From Eledone cirrhosa (lineage: Eukaryota): 64,000 bases of DNA. The stretch covers positions 54,808,001 through 54,872,000 of the forward strand of contig OZ024749.1 in NCBI GenBank assembly GCA_964016885.1, read 5' to 3'. The notes under the pieces were generated by a model. The model had not been told where the DNA came from and made no database searches. It saw only the letters and a list, made by a program, of their open reading frames with translations. The translations under genes were made by a program, and so were the position numbers. Position 1 is the stretch's first letter. Every line of letters starts with the position of its first letter. Below are positions 41,552 through 55,196 of the stretch, piece by piece.

Positions 41552-42742
41552 AAACTGGTATGTTTAAAGACTTCTATCTGTTTTTACTTTAAAAATAAAA
41601 TTGAAATAAAATAGACTATAACACGATAAAGAAAATCCAAACTCGGAGTAGAATGCAGTGTTTGAACGGTTAAATATCTGTACAAGATTTGCTTTAGACT
41701 AAATTCTACTTCTTATAGAGATATACTGGGGACAAGAAATAGCAGAAAATACCATAAAATTATATTTCATTATGGAATTACGAAATCATTTGGTGAGAAA
41801 CGGAATCCTATTGGAGTCTAATATGTCTATGTATCTCGTAATTCTATGATTTGAAGCTATGTACGCATGTATGGACCTATAATTTCTGAGGGAGAGGTAA
41901 GGTTTCCGAAGTGACATATGAGTTGTCTTGGGCATTGCAAACAAACCTGGCAGTGCTCATCCATTCACTCTCCAGGGATATAAATATGACATTTGGTGCT
42001 CCTTCAAATCTTTATCACACGCGAACACATACACACACACAGTAGACACACACAGTACACACACACACAGAGTACACACACACACACACAGACACAGAGA
42101 GACAGAGACACAGAGAGACAGAGAGAGAGAGAGAGAGACAGATACTTAAGTATTCGCATATGTTACTGATATAACTGATTATACTTTACTCGTCCCACGG
42201 ACTCAGTGCTCTAAACACAGTTGTTCACAGTGCAACCGAGGGTCATTTGAATTGAAAGAAGGGAGATATTTAAAGAGAAGCTCGGGTGAGAATGTTTAGA
42301 CAGATTAATAAATATTCTGAGAAAGTGGATGCAAGACAACTGCAAACAAGAAATACATTTTACTAAAAAACCTTAACAGCTGGAAGTCATTCACTCTTTG
42401 TAATATATGATCACTTCCGGTTGAGAAGCAGCACGAATATATCTGTTTACTGCATCTATTTCATGCTAGAAGCCTCATTCTTTTCTGTCTTCTGACAATG
42501 CTCACTCTTCTCGACAACATTCCTGAAACATCAAGAGACAGAATGGATGTATTTATGTATGTATGCTTATCTCTGGGGAAGTCTGTGTGCACACACGTAC
42601 ACGCACGCACACACGCATACACACACACACACTATATATATATATAGTGTGTGTGTGTGTTTGTGCCTATACACACACATACATATACATATGGAACTTA
42701 GACTGTGTTTTTGCATCTGTGCCTGTTTTGTTTATTCATGAA

Positions 42743-42778
<36 letters not shown>

Positions 42779-42817
42779 CATGATTTAATGTCCGTCCTTC
42801 TCTGCTAGTATATATAC

Positions 42818-42988
42818 ATGTTTATATACGTGTTTATATACGTGTTTATATACGTGTTTATATATGTGTTTATATACGTGTTTATATACGTGTTTATATA
42901 CGTGTTTATATACGTGTTTATATACGTGTTTATATACGTGTTTATATATGTGTTTATATACGTGTTTATATACGTGTTTATATATGTG
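42818..42988. repeat. 12-bp tandem repeat GTTTATATACGT, ~14 units
   Basis: Directly visible. Confidence 0.95.
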
Positions 42989-43129
42989 TATAAGCATGTC
43001 AATGTAAGTGCACTGGTGCCTATGACTGTCAGTGTTGCTGAGTTTTCTGTTGGTTTGTATCTTCGTATTTATATTTGTAGTTCATGCAGTGTCAGTGAGT
43101 GTAGGTTACTAAATTATGTACGCCACCTA

Positions 43130-43265
43130 CCTACACTACCTTCACCATCTACACCACCCACACTACCTTCACCGGCTACACCACCCACACTACCTTCACC
43201 GGCTACACCACCCACACTACCTTCACCAGCTACACCAACTACACCACACACACCACCTTCACCAC
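43130..43265. repeat. 27-bp tandem repeat CTACACCACCCACACTACCTTCACCGG
   Basis: Directly visible, ~4-5 units. Confidence 0.9.
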
Positions 43266-43428
43266 TTTGTTTTCATCTAGCGGCAAGCTCCGTCTTCTAA
43301 AACTGTCTTGCCCTCTATCTTACCATAAACGGCTCTCCTGGCACTCCAATGTTTATTTCTGTTTAGCACAATGGGATACGTGGTAACAATTACTTTTCTA
43401 ATGATTATCACAGCAGGATGCTTCTGTT

Positions 43429-43466
<38 letters not shown>

Positions 43467-43837
43467 CACTACATAACATGGCATGTTGAAATGAATGGAC
43501 GTAGATGTCACTTTCAGATTTGAACTCCTGGAAGAAAGGAATTTGTACCAGTATTATATAATGTAAAGTAGTAGTATTGTTTCACCAATAAATAGCTACG
43601 GAATATTTAAATGTTTAACCCATTACCATCCATGGAAATAGGTCCGTCAATAGACATTGTATTGTTTGCATTATATTCTGTAAATATCCATTATATTTAG
43701 TTCATTACCGGTTCAATATGGCCCACAGGAATGTTGTAGAGGCTTATATATCCTTCACCATTCCAAAAACAGACAGATACAGTTATATATCATAGTCTAT
43801 TAGTATTTGAGAATCACAAGAAATATATATATATATA

Positions 43838-43882
<45 letters not shown>

Positions 43883-43884
<2 letters not shown>

Positions 43885-44050
43885 AACTCTCCTCCAGGAT
43901 TGAACCCCTGTAAGATTTCCCACTCGGCTGTCAAGACACAGCTGTCGAAATTTATATAAATAAGTGCTACCCTGTTAGGTGTATAGGTGTGCATGTGTTG
44001 TACACCATTTTCTCCATACGTGTCCGTGTGTCTGCTTGCCTGTATGTTTT
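43883..44050 (+). mobile_element. Element with a decayed hammerhead-like core next to (TA)n
   Basis: CTGTCAA-GACA-CAGC-TGTC-GAAA (43928-43950), then AAATAAGTGCTAC. Confidence 0.4.
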
Positions 44051-44597
44051 CTACATATCTATGTGTTTAATGTAGATCATTACTCGGGATGGAATCGTTG
44101 AAGATATCTCATTCACCCGGCAAACCTGTCACCATTCTGGCTGTTCAACTGTTAACTAGTCTAGCATGATTTCAACATTTCCCCCTTTACAATATTAACT
44201 GTGACGTCACGCTTTCAAGAAATGAAATTACTAATCTTGTATATATATACATGTGGTGGTGACTCTTGATATTTTAGTATATGGCATTCGTGCTTGGCTG
44301 TCGTTATACTTCGCTATCACGTGGACAGCTCAACGACCAGGCTGCGTAACTTGATACACCGACTCGAATTCTCGTTCAAAGATTTATGTGGATATCCGAG
44401 ACACAAGTTCATTTGCACAAAGGCAGAGTTAATTTATGCGTGAGTTATGAAGACAATAAATATACTACCGGATTTCAATATCGTTGAAACACAGGCCATG
44501 ACTGTAGCAGCAACAGTAGTAGTAGTAATGAGGCAGCAGCAACATTAGCAGTAGAAAACCTACTAGCTCTTCACCTGGTTCCATATAGAAAGACCAA

Positions 44598-44760
44598 CAG
44601 GCACAACTGCCGCGTTAAGAATTCCTCTTTGAAACTATCTGTTTGCTGGTTCAAAACCGCTGCACGTTACTTGGCTAAATCTCTTTTGTCATAATTTCGG
44701 ATTTAGCTGAAGCTTGTGACTCGAATGATTCTGGTAAGAGGAATCCATTCAGAATCACGC
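44598..44760 (+). mobile_element. Highly degenerate tRNA-derived SINE (second family)
   Basis: GTTAAGAA...GGTTCAAAACCGCTGCAC...AGCTTGTGA. Resembles, from memory, a common octopus SINE. Confidence 0.4.
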
Positions 44761-44817
44761 ACATCTCTTTCTCTCACACACAACTTATGTATATTATATT
44801 ATATTATATTATATTAT

Positions 44818-44924
44818 AGTTCAAATCCCACCAAGGTTAACTTTGCCTTTCATCTTTACGGGGTCGATAAAATAAAGTAATGCACTGGGTAATTGCTGGC
44901 CTTGTGCCTAACGTAGAAACAATT
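44818..44924 (+). mobile_element. 5'-truncated Meta-domain-like SINE
   Basis: GTTCAAATCCCACCAAGGTTAACTTTGCC...GTAGAAACAATT. Confidence 0.85.
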
Positions 44925-46879
44925 ATATTATATTTTGTGTTGTTGTGTTGTGCTATAATGTTATGTTGTGTTATGTTATAATATGTTATGTTATAATATA
45001 TGTTATGTTATGTTATGTTATATTATGTTATGTTATATTATAACATATTATAACATATTATATTATAACATATTATATAACATAACATACCATATTATAT
45101 TATAACATAACATAACATATTATAATATAATATGTTATGTTATAATATAATATGGTATGTTATGTTATAATATAATATAATATGGTATGTTATAACATAA
45201 TATTATATTATAACATAACATAACATTATATTATAACATGTTATAATATAATCTTATAATATAATGTTATGTTATAATATAATGTTATGTTATAATATAA
45301 TGTTATGTTATAATATAATGTTATAATATGTTATAATACACTATATTATGTTATAATATAATATGTTATAATATGTTATAATATAATATATGTTATTTAA
45401 TATGTTATTTTAAATTAAGTATATATTAAATTCAATTTAGTATAATGGAATATGTTATATTAAATTAAATATAATATATTATATTAAATTAAGTATATTA
45501 TAATATATTATATTAAATTAAGTATAATATAATATATTAAATTAAATATAATATATTATATTAAATTAAATATAATATATTATATTAAATATAATATAGT
45601 ATAATATATTAAATTAAATTAAATATAATATATTAAATTAAATATATTAAATTAAATATAATATATTATATTAAATATAATATATTATATTATATTAAAT
45701 ATAATATAATATAATATATTAAATTAAATGTAATATAATATATTAAATTAAATATATATTAAATAAAATAAAATATATTATATTATATTAAATTAAGTAT
45801 AATATAATATAATATATTAAATTAAATTAAATATAATATATTATATTATATTAAATTAAGTATAATATAATATATTAAATTAAATATAATATATTAAATT
45901 AAATTAAATATAATATAATATATTATATTAAATTAAGTGAAATATAATATAATATATTAAATTAAATATAATATAATATATTAAATAAAATATAATATAA
46001 TATATTAAATAAAATAAAATATATTAAATTAAATATAATATATTAAATTAAGTATAATATATTAAATTAAGTATAATATAATATATTAAATTAAGTATAA
46101 TATAATATATTAAATTAAGTATAATATAATATATTAAATTAAATATAATATATTATATTATATTAAATTAAGTATAATATAATATATTAAATTAAATATA
46201 ATATATTAAATTAAATAAAATATAATATAATATATTAAATTAAATATATTATATTAAATTAAATATATTATATTAAATTAAATATATTATATTAAATTAA
46301 ATATATTATATTAAATTAAATTAAGTATATTATATTAATTTAATATATTATATTATACTTAATTTAATATATTATATTATACTTAATTTAATATATTATA
46401 TTATACTTAATTTAATATATTATATTATACTTAATTTAATATATTATATTATACTTAATTTAATATAAGTATAATATAATATATTAAATATAATATATTA
46501 AATTAAATATAATATAATATATTAAATTAAATATAATATATTAAATTAAATATAATATATTAAATTAAATTAAATATAATATATTAAATAAAATAAAATA
46601 TAATATAATATATTAAATAAAATATAATATAATATATTAAATTAAATATAATATGTTAAATTAAATATAATGTTAAATTAAATATAATATAATATATTAA
46701 ATATAATATAATATATTTAATATAATATATTTAATATAATATATTTAATATATTATATTTAATATATTATATTTAATATATTATATTTAATGTAATATAT
46801 TTAATATAATATATTTAATATAATATATTTAATATAATATATTTAATATAATATATTTAATATAATATAATTTAATATA
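44925..46879. repeat. ~2 kb A/T pentamer-derived satellite (TGTTA to ATAAT/TTAAA units)
   Basis: Directly visible; almost no G or C after ~45400. Confidence 0.95.
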
Positions 46880-46897
46880 CACACATTATGCATATAT

Positions 46898-47198
46898 CGT
46901 ATGGTTTTGTGGTTAGACCGTTGGGTTTGCAATCGGAAGTTGGGGAGTTCGGTTCTCTGAAAGGGTGATGCGTTGTGTCATTGAACAAGATACTTTATTT
47001 CACGTTACTACAGTTTACTCAGCTGTAGAAATGAGTTGTCAGACTTTGCCTCACCCTTGGAAAACATCAGTGGCATAGAGAGAAGACTGCTATGCATGGG
47101 TGACTGGTAGGTCTTCCACAAAAATCCTTCCTTAGGCCTCGGGGAGGAACTTTCTAGGTACAGATTCCATGGTCATTCGTGACCGAAGGGTCTTTACC

Positions 47199-47202
<4 letters not shown>
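46898..47202 (+). mobile_element. tRNA-derived SINE with a CORE/MESC-like central domain
   Basis: TGG..TTGTGGTTAG A-box, GAGTTCGGTTC B-box, GCGTTGTGTCATTGAACAAGATACTTTATTTCAC...CTCAGCTGTAGAAATGAGT, and a 3' end TTTACCCTTT into (TA)n. Confidence 0.65.
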
Positions 47203-47232
<30 letters not shown>

Positions 47233-47276
47233 TCACCGGCCAATAAACATAATGAAGGCTTAACCAATCGTCCTTT

Positions 47277-47307
<31 letters not shown>

Positions 47308-47310
47308 ATA

Positions 47311-47503
47311 GGGGCGGTGGATTGGCAGTATAGGTAGAGGGTCGGATGCCATGCTTTAACGCATAGATTTACGGCCCTTGCCATTCTGATTTCAAATCCC
47401 ACCGAGGTTAACTTTGCCTTTCATCCTTACGGGGTCGATAAAATAAAGTACCAGTAATGCACTGGGTAATTGCTGGCCTTGTGCCAAAAGTAGAAATAAT
47501 TAT
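47311..47503 (+). mobile_element. Meta-domain-like SINE, short tail, full length
   Basis: All family motifs present. Confidence 0.92.
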
Positions 47504-47987
47504 TAAATATATATGTATATATGTGTGTGTGTATGCAGAAAACGAATATAAGGTTTAAGAAATCCTAATAGTAAAAATATTATTTTACTTTGGGAAACTA
47601 AAATCTATAGAAATATTTTATCATTTGCAGATTTAATCTTTTTACTCACTTAACTCGTGAAATATAAGTCTCTTACGGAAATCACATATGAAAGCAGCTT
47701 ATTAGTTAAGTTCTATTTCGTGAAAACATTCTAAGCTTGTATTTTACTCCCCGACCACGTTTCTTCTTTTTTACTAGAGCCGTGTTAAGGCCAACCATCC
47801 GGCAACTCCATTTCCTTAATCAAGGAGGGCTTGCTGAAGTCATTGAGCCTTAAACCTCTCTTAATATGGTATGGACCCGTTACTTCTGGTGGTGTCATAG
47901 TGGCTGCATATTGACTCTGCTCCCCAAGAGCATCGAGTGCTCATTCGGCATACCGCCTATAGACGCAATTAACATACACCTTAATAC

Positions 47988-48021
<34 letters not shown>

Positions 48022-48023
<2 letters not shown>

Positions 48024-48216
48024 TGAAGTAAATGTTAAGTGGAAATATCCAAGAGTAAGAGCACTCAGTCCATAGTACTAATTTAATATAAATAATTACA
48101 ACAGTGGCATAAACAGGTACTCAATTTCGTTGGGTTCTTTCTCATGACAGGCTAAATGAGTTGGGGCCCAGAACGCAACTTGAGTACCTGTTTATGACAC
48201 TCTTGTAATTATATAT
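48022..48216 (-). mobile_element. Palindromic element, family C
   Basis: Arms ~48087-48131 / ~48172-48216. Minus strand has CGAAATTGAGTAC at the arm start, then ATTAAA...CTGAGTGCT and a tail. (TA)n on both sides. Confidence 0.6.
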
Positions 48217-48560
48217 ATATATACGTTGTCTTTATATAATTATATATTCAAAGTAAGTTCTATTTGTAATCTATTCTAGGTTTCTCTAGTTCCTCACATC
48301 TCTACTATTTTACTGAAAATAAACACCTCCAATTCTAGATAATAGTTACCAATGCTTAACATTGCCATAAACAGAGTTAAAAGCAAACGTATGCCCCAGG
48401 AGTGCATCGTCATTGATCCTTATCGTAGACGTAAATAGCATGAAAATTCTTCCATCCCTCTATAATTTATCAACATTTAAGTATTTGTCAATTATTGGTA
48501 AGTCTCCAGAGAAGGATAAAAATCAAGATAAACGCAAGAGCCTTCTACCACCACCACCAT

Positions 48561-48610
<50 letters not shown>

Positions 48611-49654
48611 ACAATGGTAATGATACAAATATATTGATAGCCATCAAACGTTTTTCTCCTCAACTGTATTAATATTAATGACACGGAAGTAATGATTATT
48701 ATAACAAAGATGGAACTACTAAGCGATGTCTAAATAATATACACTGGCTCTGCTTAGAAAAACAAATAACACAAACACACGCTATCAGTTGCTTTCTTGT
48801 TGTCGACTCATTGAGGAAACGTGAGAGAAAATAACACATACACACGCACATACACACATGTATGTATATATATGCATTTAGTGTGTTGGGGATAGACCAG
48901 ATGTTGAATAGCATTCTCTCTGTCTATCTCTCTCTTCCTTTCTCTCTCTCTCTCGCACCTCGCACTTCCATGTTCTCTTTCAATGTTTCACTATCTCTCT
49001 GTCTCTGTCTTTCCCACTCTCTCATCTCCCCCCTCAATGCCTCACTACCACACACGCACACACACCCTTACTCTATCTCTCTCTTTCTCTCCCACTCTCT
49101 TTGCCACTCTTTCTCTCCCTCTCTCTCTGCCACACTCTTTCTCTCCCACTCTCTTTAACAATATTAATTATTTGCTATGATAATAGAAATAGACATTATA
49201 TATTTCCATAAACTTTTCCAAAGCCCATGTGAAGTGTAATACGTATTATAAATCTCGCTCATCTTCACGGTCCATTGATCAAGCAAATGGGATCTTTTGA
49301 GTGCTATTAACCGAGTCTGCGATACTCTAGATATCCAGGAAATTCAGCCCTCTATTTTGATTTTGTAACATTTTCTTTTTTTTTTTTTTTTGTAAATATT
49401 TATCTAGAATATAAAATGCTAAATTGTAACTCCTCTCTGGGTGCAACAATTTTAAACAGAACTGCTACGGAAGTAAGTAGAAAAATTTAGAAAGCAACAA
49501 AGACAATCGTGTTCCGACCCCGGGTTATATAGTATATGTCATACGGCTGGTTGGTAACGGAATCTGTACAGTGAAATATCGAAAATGTAAAATTTCATTT
49601 GCAATTGACAAACAATCACATCAAATCTTTAAAAAAACAAACGGAGAAAAGAAG

Positions 49655-49890
49655 TTGACACCGGACTTTAGGAGGAATCGAACGCAACATCTTGCAGATA
49701 ACGCCTAGGAGCTTTGAACCATTAAGCTATGTTTGTCTACTATGATGTTTGTTGACATCAGAAAGCTGTGGTTCAGCTATCTAATTTAAGACGTTAATAG
49801 CCATCACGGTCCTTTGGTTTAATGTTTAAAACCACCTAACCGGTATCTGGGAGATATAAGGTTCGATTCCTCACAGCGGCTGATGGCAAA
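49655..49890. other. Divergent pair of related tRNA-like heads
   Basis: Minus copy TAGCTTAATGGTTCAA...GTTCGATTCC (~49655-49729) and plus copy TGGTTTAATGTTTAA...GGTTCGATTCC (~49815-49890). Confidence 0.5.
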
Positions 49891-50194
49891 TTATTTTACC
49901 ATTTGTTAAGGGTATTCACTCTATTTTATAAGAAGCTTTTTATAGCATCCCCGCCTATAGACACATCATTATTTATATTAACTTTATCCTCTCAGCACTT
50001 CGTAAAAGTCTGAGGTATTGGTTACGTATACACGAAGTCCCCTCATTATTTTCCTCCAGGTTATTGATTTTTTGTTGCTGCTGATGTTGTTGTTGCCAAT
50101 TTTGGTTCTACACCAAAAAAATATGACGACCATCATCCACACCACCTACACCATCCTCACCATCTACACACCTCACCACCACACATCACCACCC

Positions 50195-50335
50195 ACCATC
50201 CTCACAACCACACCACTCACACCATCCTCACAAGCACACCACCCACACCATCCTCACAAGCACACCACCCACACCATCCTCACAACCACACCACCCACAC
50301 CATCCTCACAACCACACCACCCACACCATCTCACT
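50195..50335. repeat. 26-bp tandem repeat CACCATCCTCACAA(C/G)CACACCACCCA
   Basis: Directly visible, ~5 units. Confidence 0.9.
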
Positions 50336-50820
50336 ACCCACATTATTTATGGTAATCAATAAAATACTGATAGGTTGACGTAAACCCCAAGATCCATTTT
50401 CTAATAATGCAGTTTTACACATCCCCTCCATCGTTAATGTTTTTATTATTTGCCAATAAATATTTTATTATTATAAACCTTCTTACATATTCTCATAAAA
50501 TTAGTCAACTTGTTTATTGATATTTTAAAAATATATTTTCCTGACCCTATATTTCTCCATTTAATGAATAGTTTCTCTAGATTATTCTACTTTCGGTTAG
50601 CATGTTGTAATCCCTTTCCGATTTATAGTCTCTGCAGATATTTTTTCTTCTACTAAATTCTTTATTAGACAATTTTGAGACACAAATATATTTAGCAGTG
50701 TTTCATATAGTTTATCGATATCGTGGTCTTGTAATTTGTGTTAGTAATGGAATGATATATACACACATATATATATATATATATACACAAACAATCATAT
50801 ATATGTATATATATATATGT

Positions 50821-51087
50821 AGGATGTGAGTTTTATTGTAGCACAATAAAGCAATGCGAATATTGGATAAGTAGCACTCAACAGTTTATTGGACTGGGGT
50901 ATACATAAGAAGAAATTAAAAGATGGTTAGAAAAGTTCCATGTATTTTATTATGCGCATTCCAAAAACAAATATCATCCAGGGACGATATTTGCGTTCTC
51001 ATCAGATATCGTCCCTGGATGATATTTGTTTTTGAAATGCGCATAATAAAATACATGGAACTTTTCTAACCATCTTTTAATTTCTTC
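50821..51087 (-). mobile_element. Palindromic element, family D (82-bp arms)
   Basis: Arms 50909-50990 / 51006-51087 with one mismatch. The 15-nt loop reads CTGATGAGAACGCAA on the minus strand. Tail AATAAACTGTTGAGTGCTAC. Confidence 0.7.
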
Positions 51088-51543
51088 GTGTGTGTCTGTG
51101 TGTGTGTGTTTACACGTATTTGGATATGTACATGTATATGATTCATAAGTGTGTGTGGATACACTGTGGTGGAAAAACATTTGTAAGGCCATTGCGTTGA
51201 ATATATATATATAGATATATATATATATATAATTGCCTTATGTTATTTATTACATAACTATTAAGCTCTGTTACCTACATAGAGCACTTTTTTCCTGGAC
51301 TTTTCAACGGAATTATTTCATTTACACACATATATATATATATATATAATATATATATACACACACACAGATATGTAAGGTCATTGGGTCGAATTTTAGA
51401 CAGAGCTTCGTGTTCTGTTCTTGAGCAAACTATTTTATTTCAGGTTGCTTCTTCTGCCAGCTGAAGATATTAGCATCATAGGAAACATCAATAGAAACAA
51501 GAAATGTGTTCGAGTCTGGTCTGGTACCTCCACATACACACAC

Positions 51544-51645
51544 ACATACATACATACATACATACATACATACATACATACATACATACATACATACATA
51601 CATACATACATACATACATACATACATACATACATACATACATAC
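51544..51645. repeat. (CATA)n microsatellite
   Basis: Directly visible. Confidence 0.97.
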
Positions 51646-51771
51646 TCTCTCGAAAAACTATATTTCCTCAATAGTGAGGCTACCCATATGTTAATTGTAT
51701 ACAAGCTTATAATATATGTTTATATATATTTTTATACACCCAAGCTCTCACATGTAAATGTGTGTGTATAC

Positions 51772-52001
51772 GGGGGCGGTGGAGCATTTCTGAATTCGGG
51801 CAATTTAGTTGTAGTGATTAGTTTAGCTCTTTGCACTCTAAAATGGTAAGAAAAGTTCGATATGCGATAAACATAACATGTACATAGATTGTTGTGCATA
51901 TCGAAATAGATGTGTTTTGGTAGTTTAGGTAGAAAAATATAATTATTTGATGGGAGGGGGCACATGGACCCCCTTGCCCTCTCCCAGTTCCACCGTCCCC
52001 T
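51772..52001. mobile_element. PIF/Harbinger-like MITE
   Basis: TIR-like GGGGCGGTGGAGC / GTTCCACCGTCCCC with a subterminal GGGGGCACATGGACCCCCTTGCCC block. Confidence 0.55.
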
Positions 52002-52117
52002 TGGTGTGTGTATGTATGTAAGTATGTGTATATATAAATATATGTGTGTGTGTCACAGCGCACAGTAGATATTTATATAGTCCACATAATGGTGCCTTTT
52101 TCTAATAAAGAGATCTG

Positions 52118-52162
<45 letters not shown>

Positions 52163-52296
52163 TATACAATAAAATATATTTTGCAATCCTGGCATTTTTA
52201 TTCCGTGTCCCTGGATATGATGAGTACAGCCAATATTCCAATGGCATTAGTTCAATAATTCCCTTCAATATTTTTACTATAAAGTATTATGTAGTT

Positions 52297-52338
<42 letters not shown>

Positions 52339-52658
52339 AGACATTACTAAACTTACATCATGTATCGTTTGTAGAATCGCTATTCAATTAAGCAATGTGT
52401 ATCTATGTTGCGTTGTTAGTAAGAAAAGAAAAAAAAAATTCAAATTTTCACTAATTGGAATTCTTGGTTCAGTCAGCCGCGTTTCTACAGATAACATTTT
52501 AACGTTGTCTCTTTTCTAGATTCTCCCCCCCCCCAAAAAAAAACCAAAAAAAGGAATTTTTACTCTTTCAGGGTTCATACACTTTTCGTTCACACACACA
52601 CACAAACACACATATATATATACATATACTTGTGTCTGTTTGTGTGTGTGTGTGTGTG

Positions 52659-52696
<38 letters not shown>

Positions 52697-52729
52697 TGTG
52701 TGTGTTTCTGTGTATATATATATATTTAC

Positions 52730-52767
<38 letters not shown>

Positions 52768-54775
52768 GCGTGCGTGCACATTATTTTAAATCAGATTTTC
52801 TTTAAATTTCTGTTTGCCTCCAAGTTAAATCCCAATTAAGGAAAGGTCAGAGCGTTAGAGATCGTCGTTAATTTAAATATTTTATGTAAATATTTCAACT
52901 TTACTCACGAGATTGGATAAGTGGACGGCGGACATGAAACATACACAAACGTGATACTATACAAATGACTTTAAACCTCTGAGAATACAAGTGTCAAAAA
53001 TAGCAAACACATAACCTTACAAGGTGGCTATAAACTAGAACACTGTATGAGATAAGACATTCTAGGCCAAGGAAGGAAGGAAAACAAAAACATAATAATA
53101 AGTTGTCTTGATTCTCTTCATTCTTGTTCGTTTTAATAGTCTAGATTGTGGGTATAGTTTTATTGTCAAAGTGTCATCACAGCTCCAATCCAATTAATTG
53201 ATACTGTAGCCATGTGGAAAGATTGAAATGCAATTCCATGCGAATGTCTTTGCTTATTTATATCGTGTAGCACTTTACGGATTGTTGTAGTAAAGAGTAA
53301 GTTCTCTTGACGAAATATCTGTCCAACTGAAATATTTCGCAAGAAGAAGTGACTGACTTATTTATATTTCTTCACAGTTGTTGAATTACTTTTATTTTTC
53401 CTCTATACAGTTACTTATAATGCGGCTGTTATTCAGTCGTGTTTAGAGTGAAAAAGATGGCGCTATTAACACGAATGAAACCTATTATTATCTTTGATAC
53501 ACTTCCGTTCGCGACTTCAACTTAATAGTTAAATATTGAGACAGCTTTCCGCTTATTTAATTCCTCTTCCATTTAACCCCACCACACTCTCTTCCACAGG
53601 TTTCAGTACTGACAATTGTTTTGAGAAACTAAGAATGTAATAAAAATGTTCTTTGTTCTGTTTGTTTTTTTTTTGTTTCTTTAGAGAAATACTGAAAGAA
53701 TGAATGCCACATGGATTACTATTTCAATATCTCGTACTGTGTTGGTGGTTAGAATGCTTCTTGTTTAATAGTAACAACAGCACCAGTAGTAGTAGTAAAA
53801 ATAACACTAATAATATAAAACAGTAGTAACAACTGCAGCAATAGTAGTAGTAGTAGTTACACTGCAAATAATAATAACAATAACAATAAATAGTAATAAC
53901 AGAAGTAGCAATAGTAGTAGTAGTAATAATAATATTACTACTAATAATAACAATGATAATAAATAGTAATGATAACAACAACAGCAACGATTTCGTTAAA
54001 ATCAAAAGAATATTAACAATAACAAACAAAAAACAACAGTAAAATAATAACAATAAAAATAACAACAGCAATAATCTCCTCGTATATATGTGAATGTTTT
54101 CTTGTTTTACATTATAATTATTGATCCATCAAGCACAAGAGCTCTCAGCGTTTGACGCCTTACTGTGTGGAATTGCTTCGATGCGTATCAAAGATACGCT
54201 TCAAAGATCAGCTCTTCTTATCGATCAGTTTTGGGTGTAAGAGATGTCTTACTCGAGAGATAGCAAAATGGTAATTGGTTGTGATCGATATAGATGCTCT
54301 TAGAAAATATGCGCTTGATATGGTGCGCAATCGAGCGGGTGAGTCTATTGTGTAGGGACTATGTTGAACGAAATCAAGTGGACTGTATTCTTTATATGAA
54401 TATCTATTTGCAAAATAAGACTAGTTTTTTCTTCTTTTTTAAAAATATTTTTTCGTAGTTTCCGACTTCATGTTTTTCCGAAGAAAAATATTCCTACATA
54501 ATATAACATAAGTTATGTTATAGTTACTTTTATAGCGCGATAAATCTTAGTGTAGTGTGGAAACTTGTCTTAAAATGATCCAATGGAAAAGCAAAAAAAC
54601 AAATTTCAATAATGGTGATCATTAGTAGCTGGATATTTCTAATGAATAAAGGTTAAAAATTTGACCTTATCACACTTTCCAATGAATTGTTTTAATTTTT
54701 AACCTTTAGTTCCGTTCATAATTCTCTATTTGTAAGTGCACCTCGGTGTATTCATTATTATTATAAGGGCGGTAG

Positions 54776-55196
54776 GGCGGTGGATTAGCAGTATCGGTAG
54801 AGGGTCGGACGCCATGCTTTGAACCATAGTTACCTCCCTTAATGATCTGAGTTCAAATCGCACCGAGGTTAACTTTGCCTTTCATCCTTACGGGGTCGAT
54901 AAAATAAAGTACCAGTCACGCACAGGGATCGATTTAATCGACTTTCCCCTCCCCCAAAATTCCTGGCCTTGTGCCTATATAAGAAACCATTATTATAAGA
55001 GCGGTGGATTGGTGGAATCGTTAGAGCATCGGACAATATGCTTTGCGACAGAGTTACGCCTTTCTTCGTTCTGAGTTCAAATCCCGCCGAGGCTAGCTTT
55101 GCCTTTCACCCTTACGGGGTAACGTACTGGAGTCGATTTAATCGACTTTCCCCTCCCATAAAATTGTTGGCCTTGTACCAAAAGTAGAAACAATTA
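54776..55196 (+). mobile_element. Two head-to-tail full-length Meta-domain-like SINEs (54776-54992, 54998-55196)
   Basis: Both have a GCGGTGGATT head, GAGTTCAAATC, TCGATTTAATCGACTTTCCCCTCCC and a GGCCTTGT tail. Confidence 0.9.
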
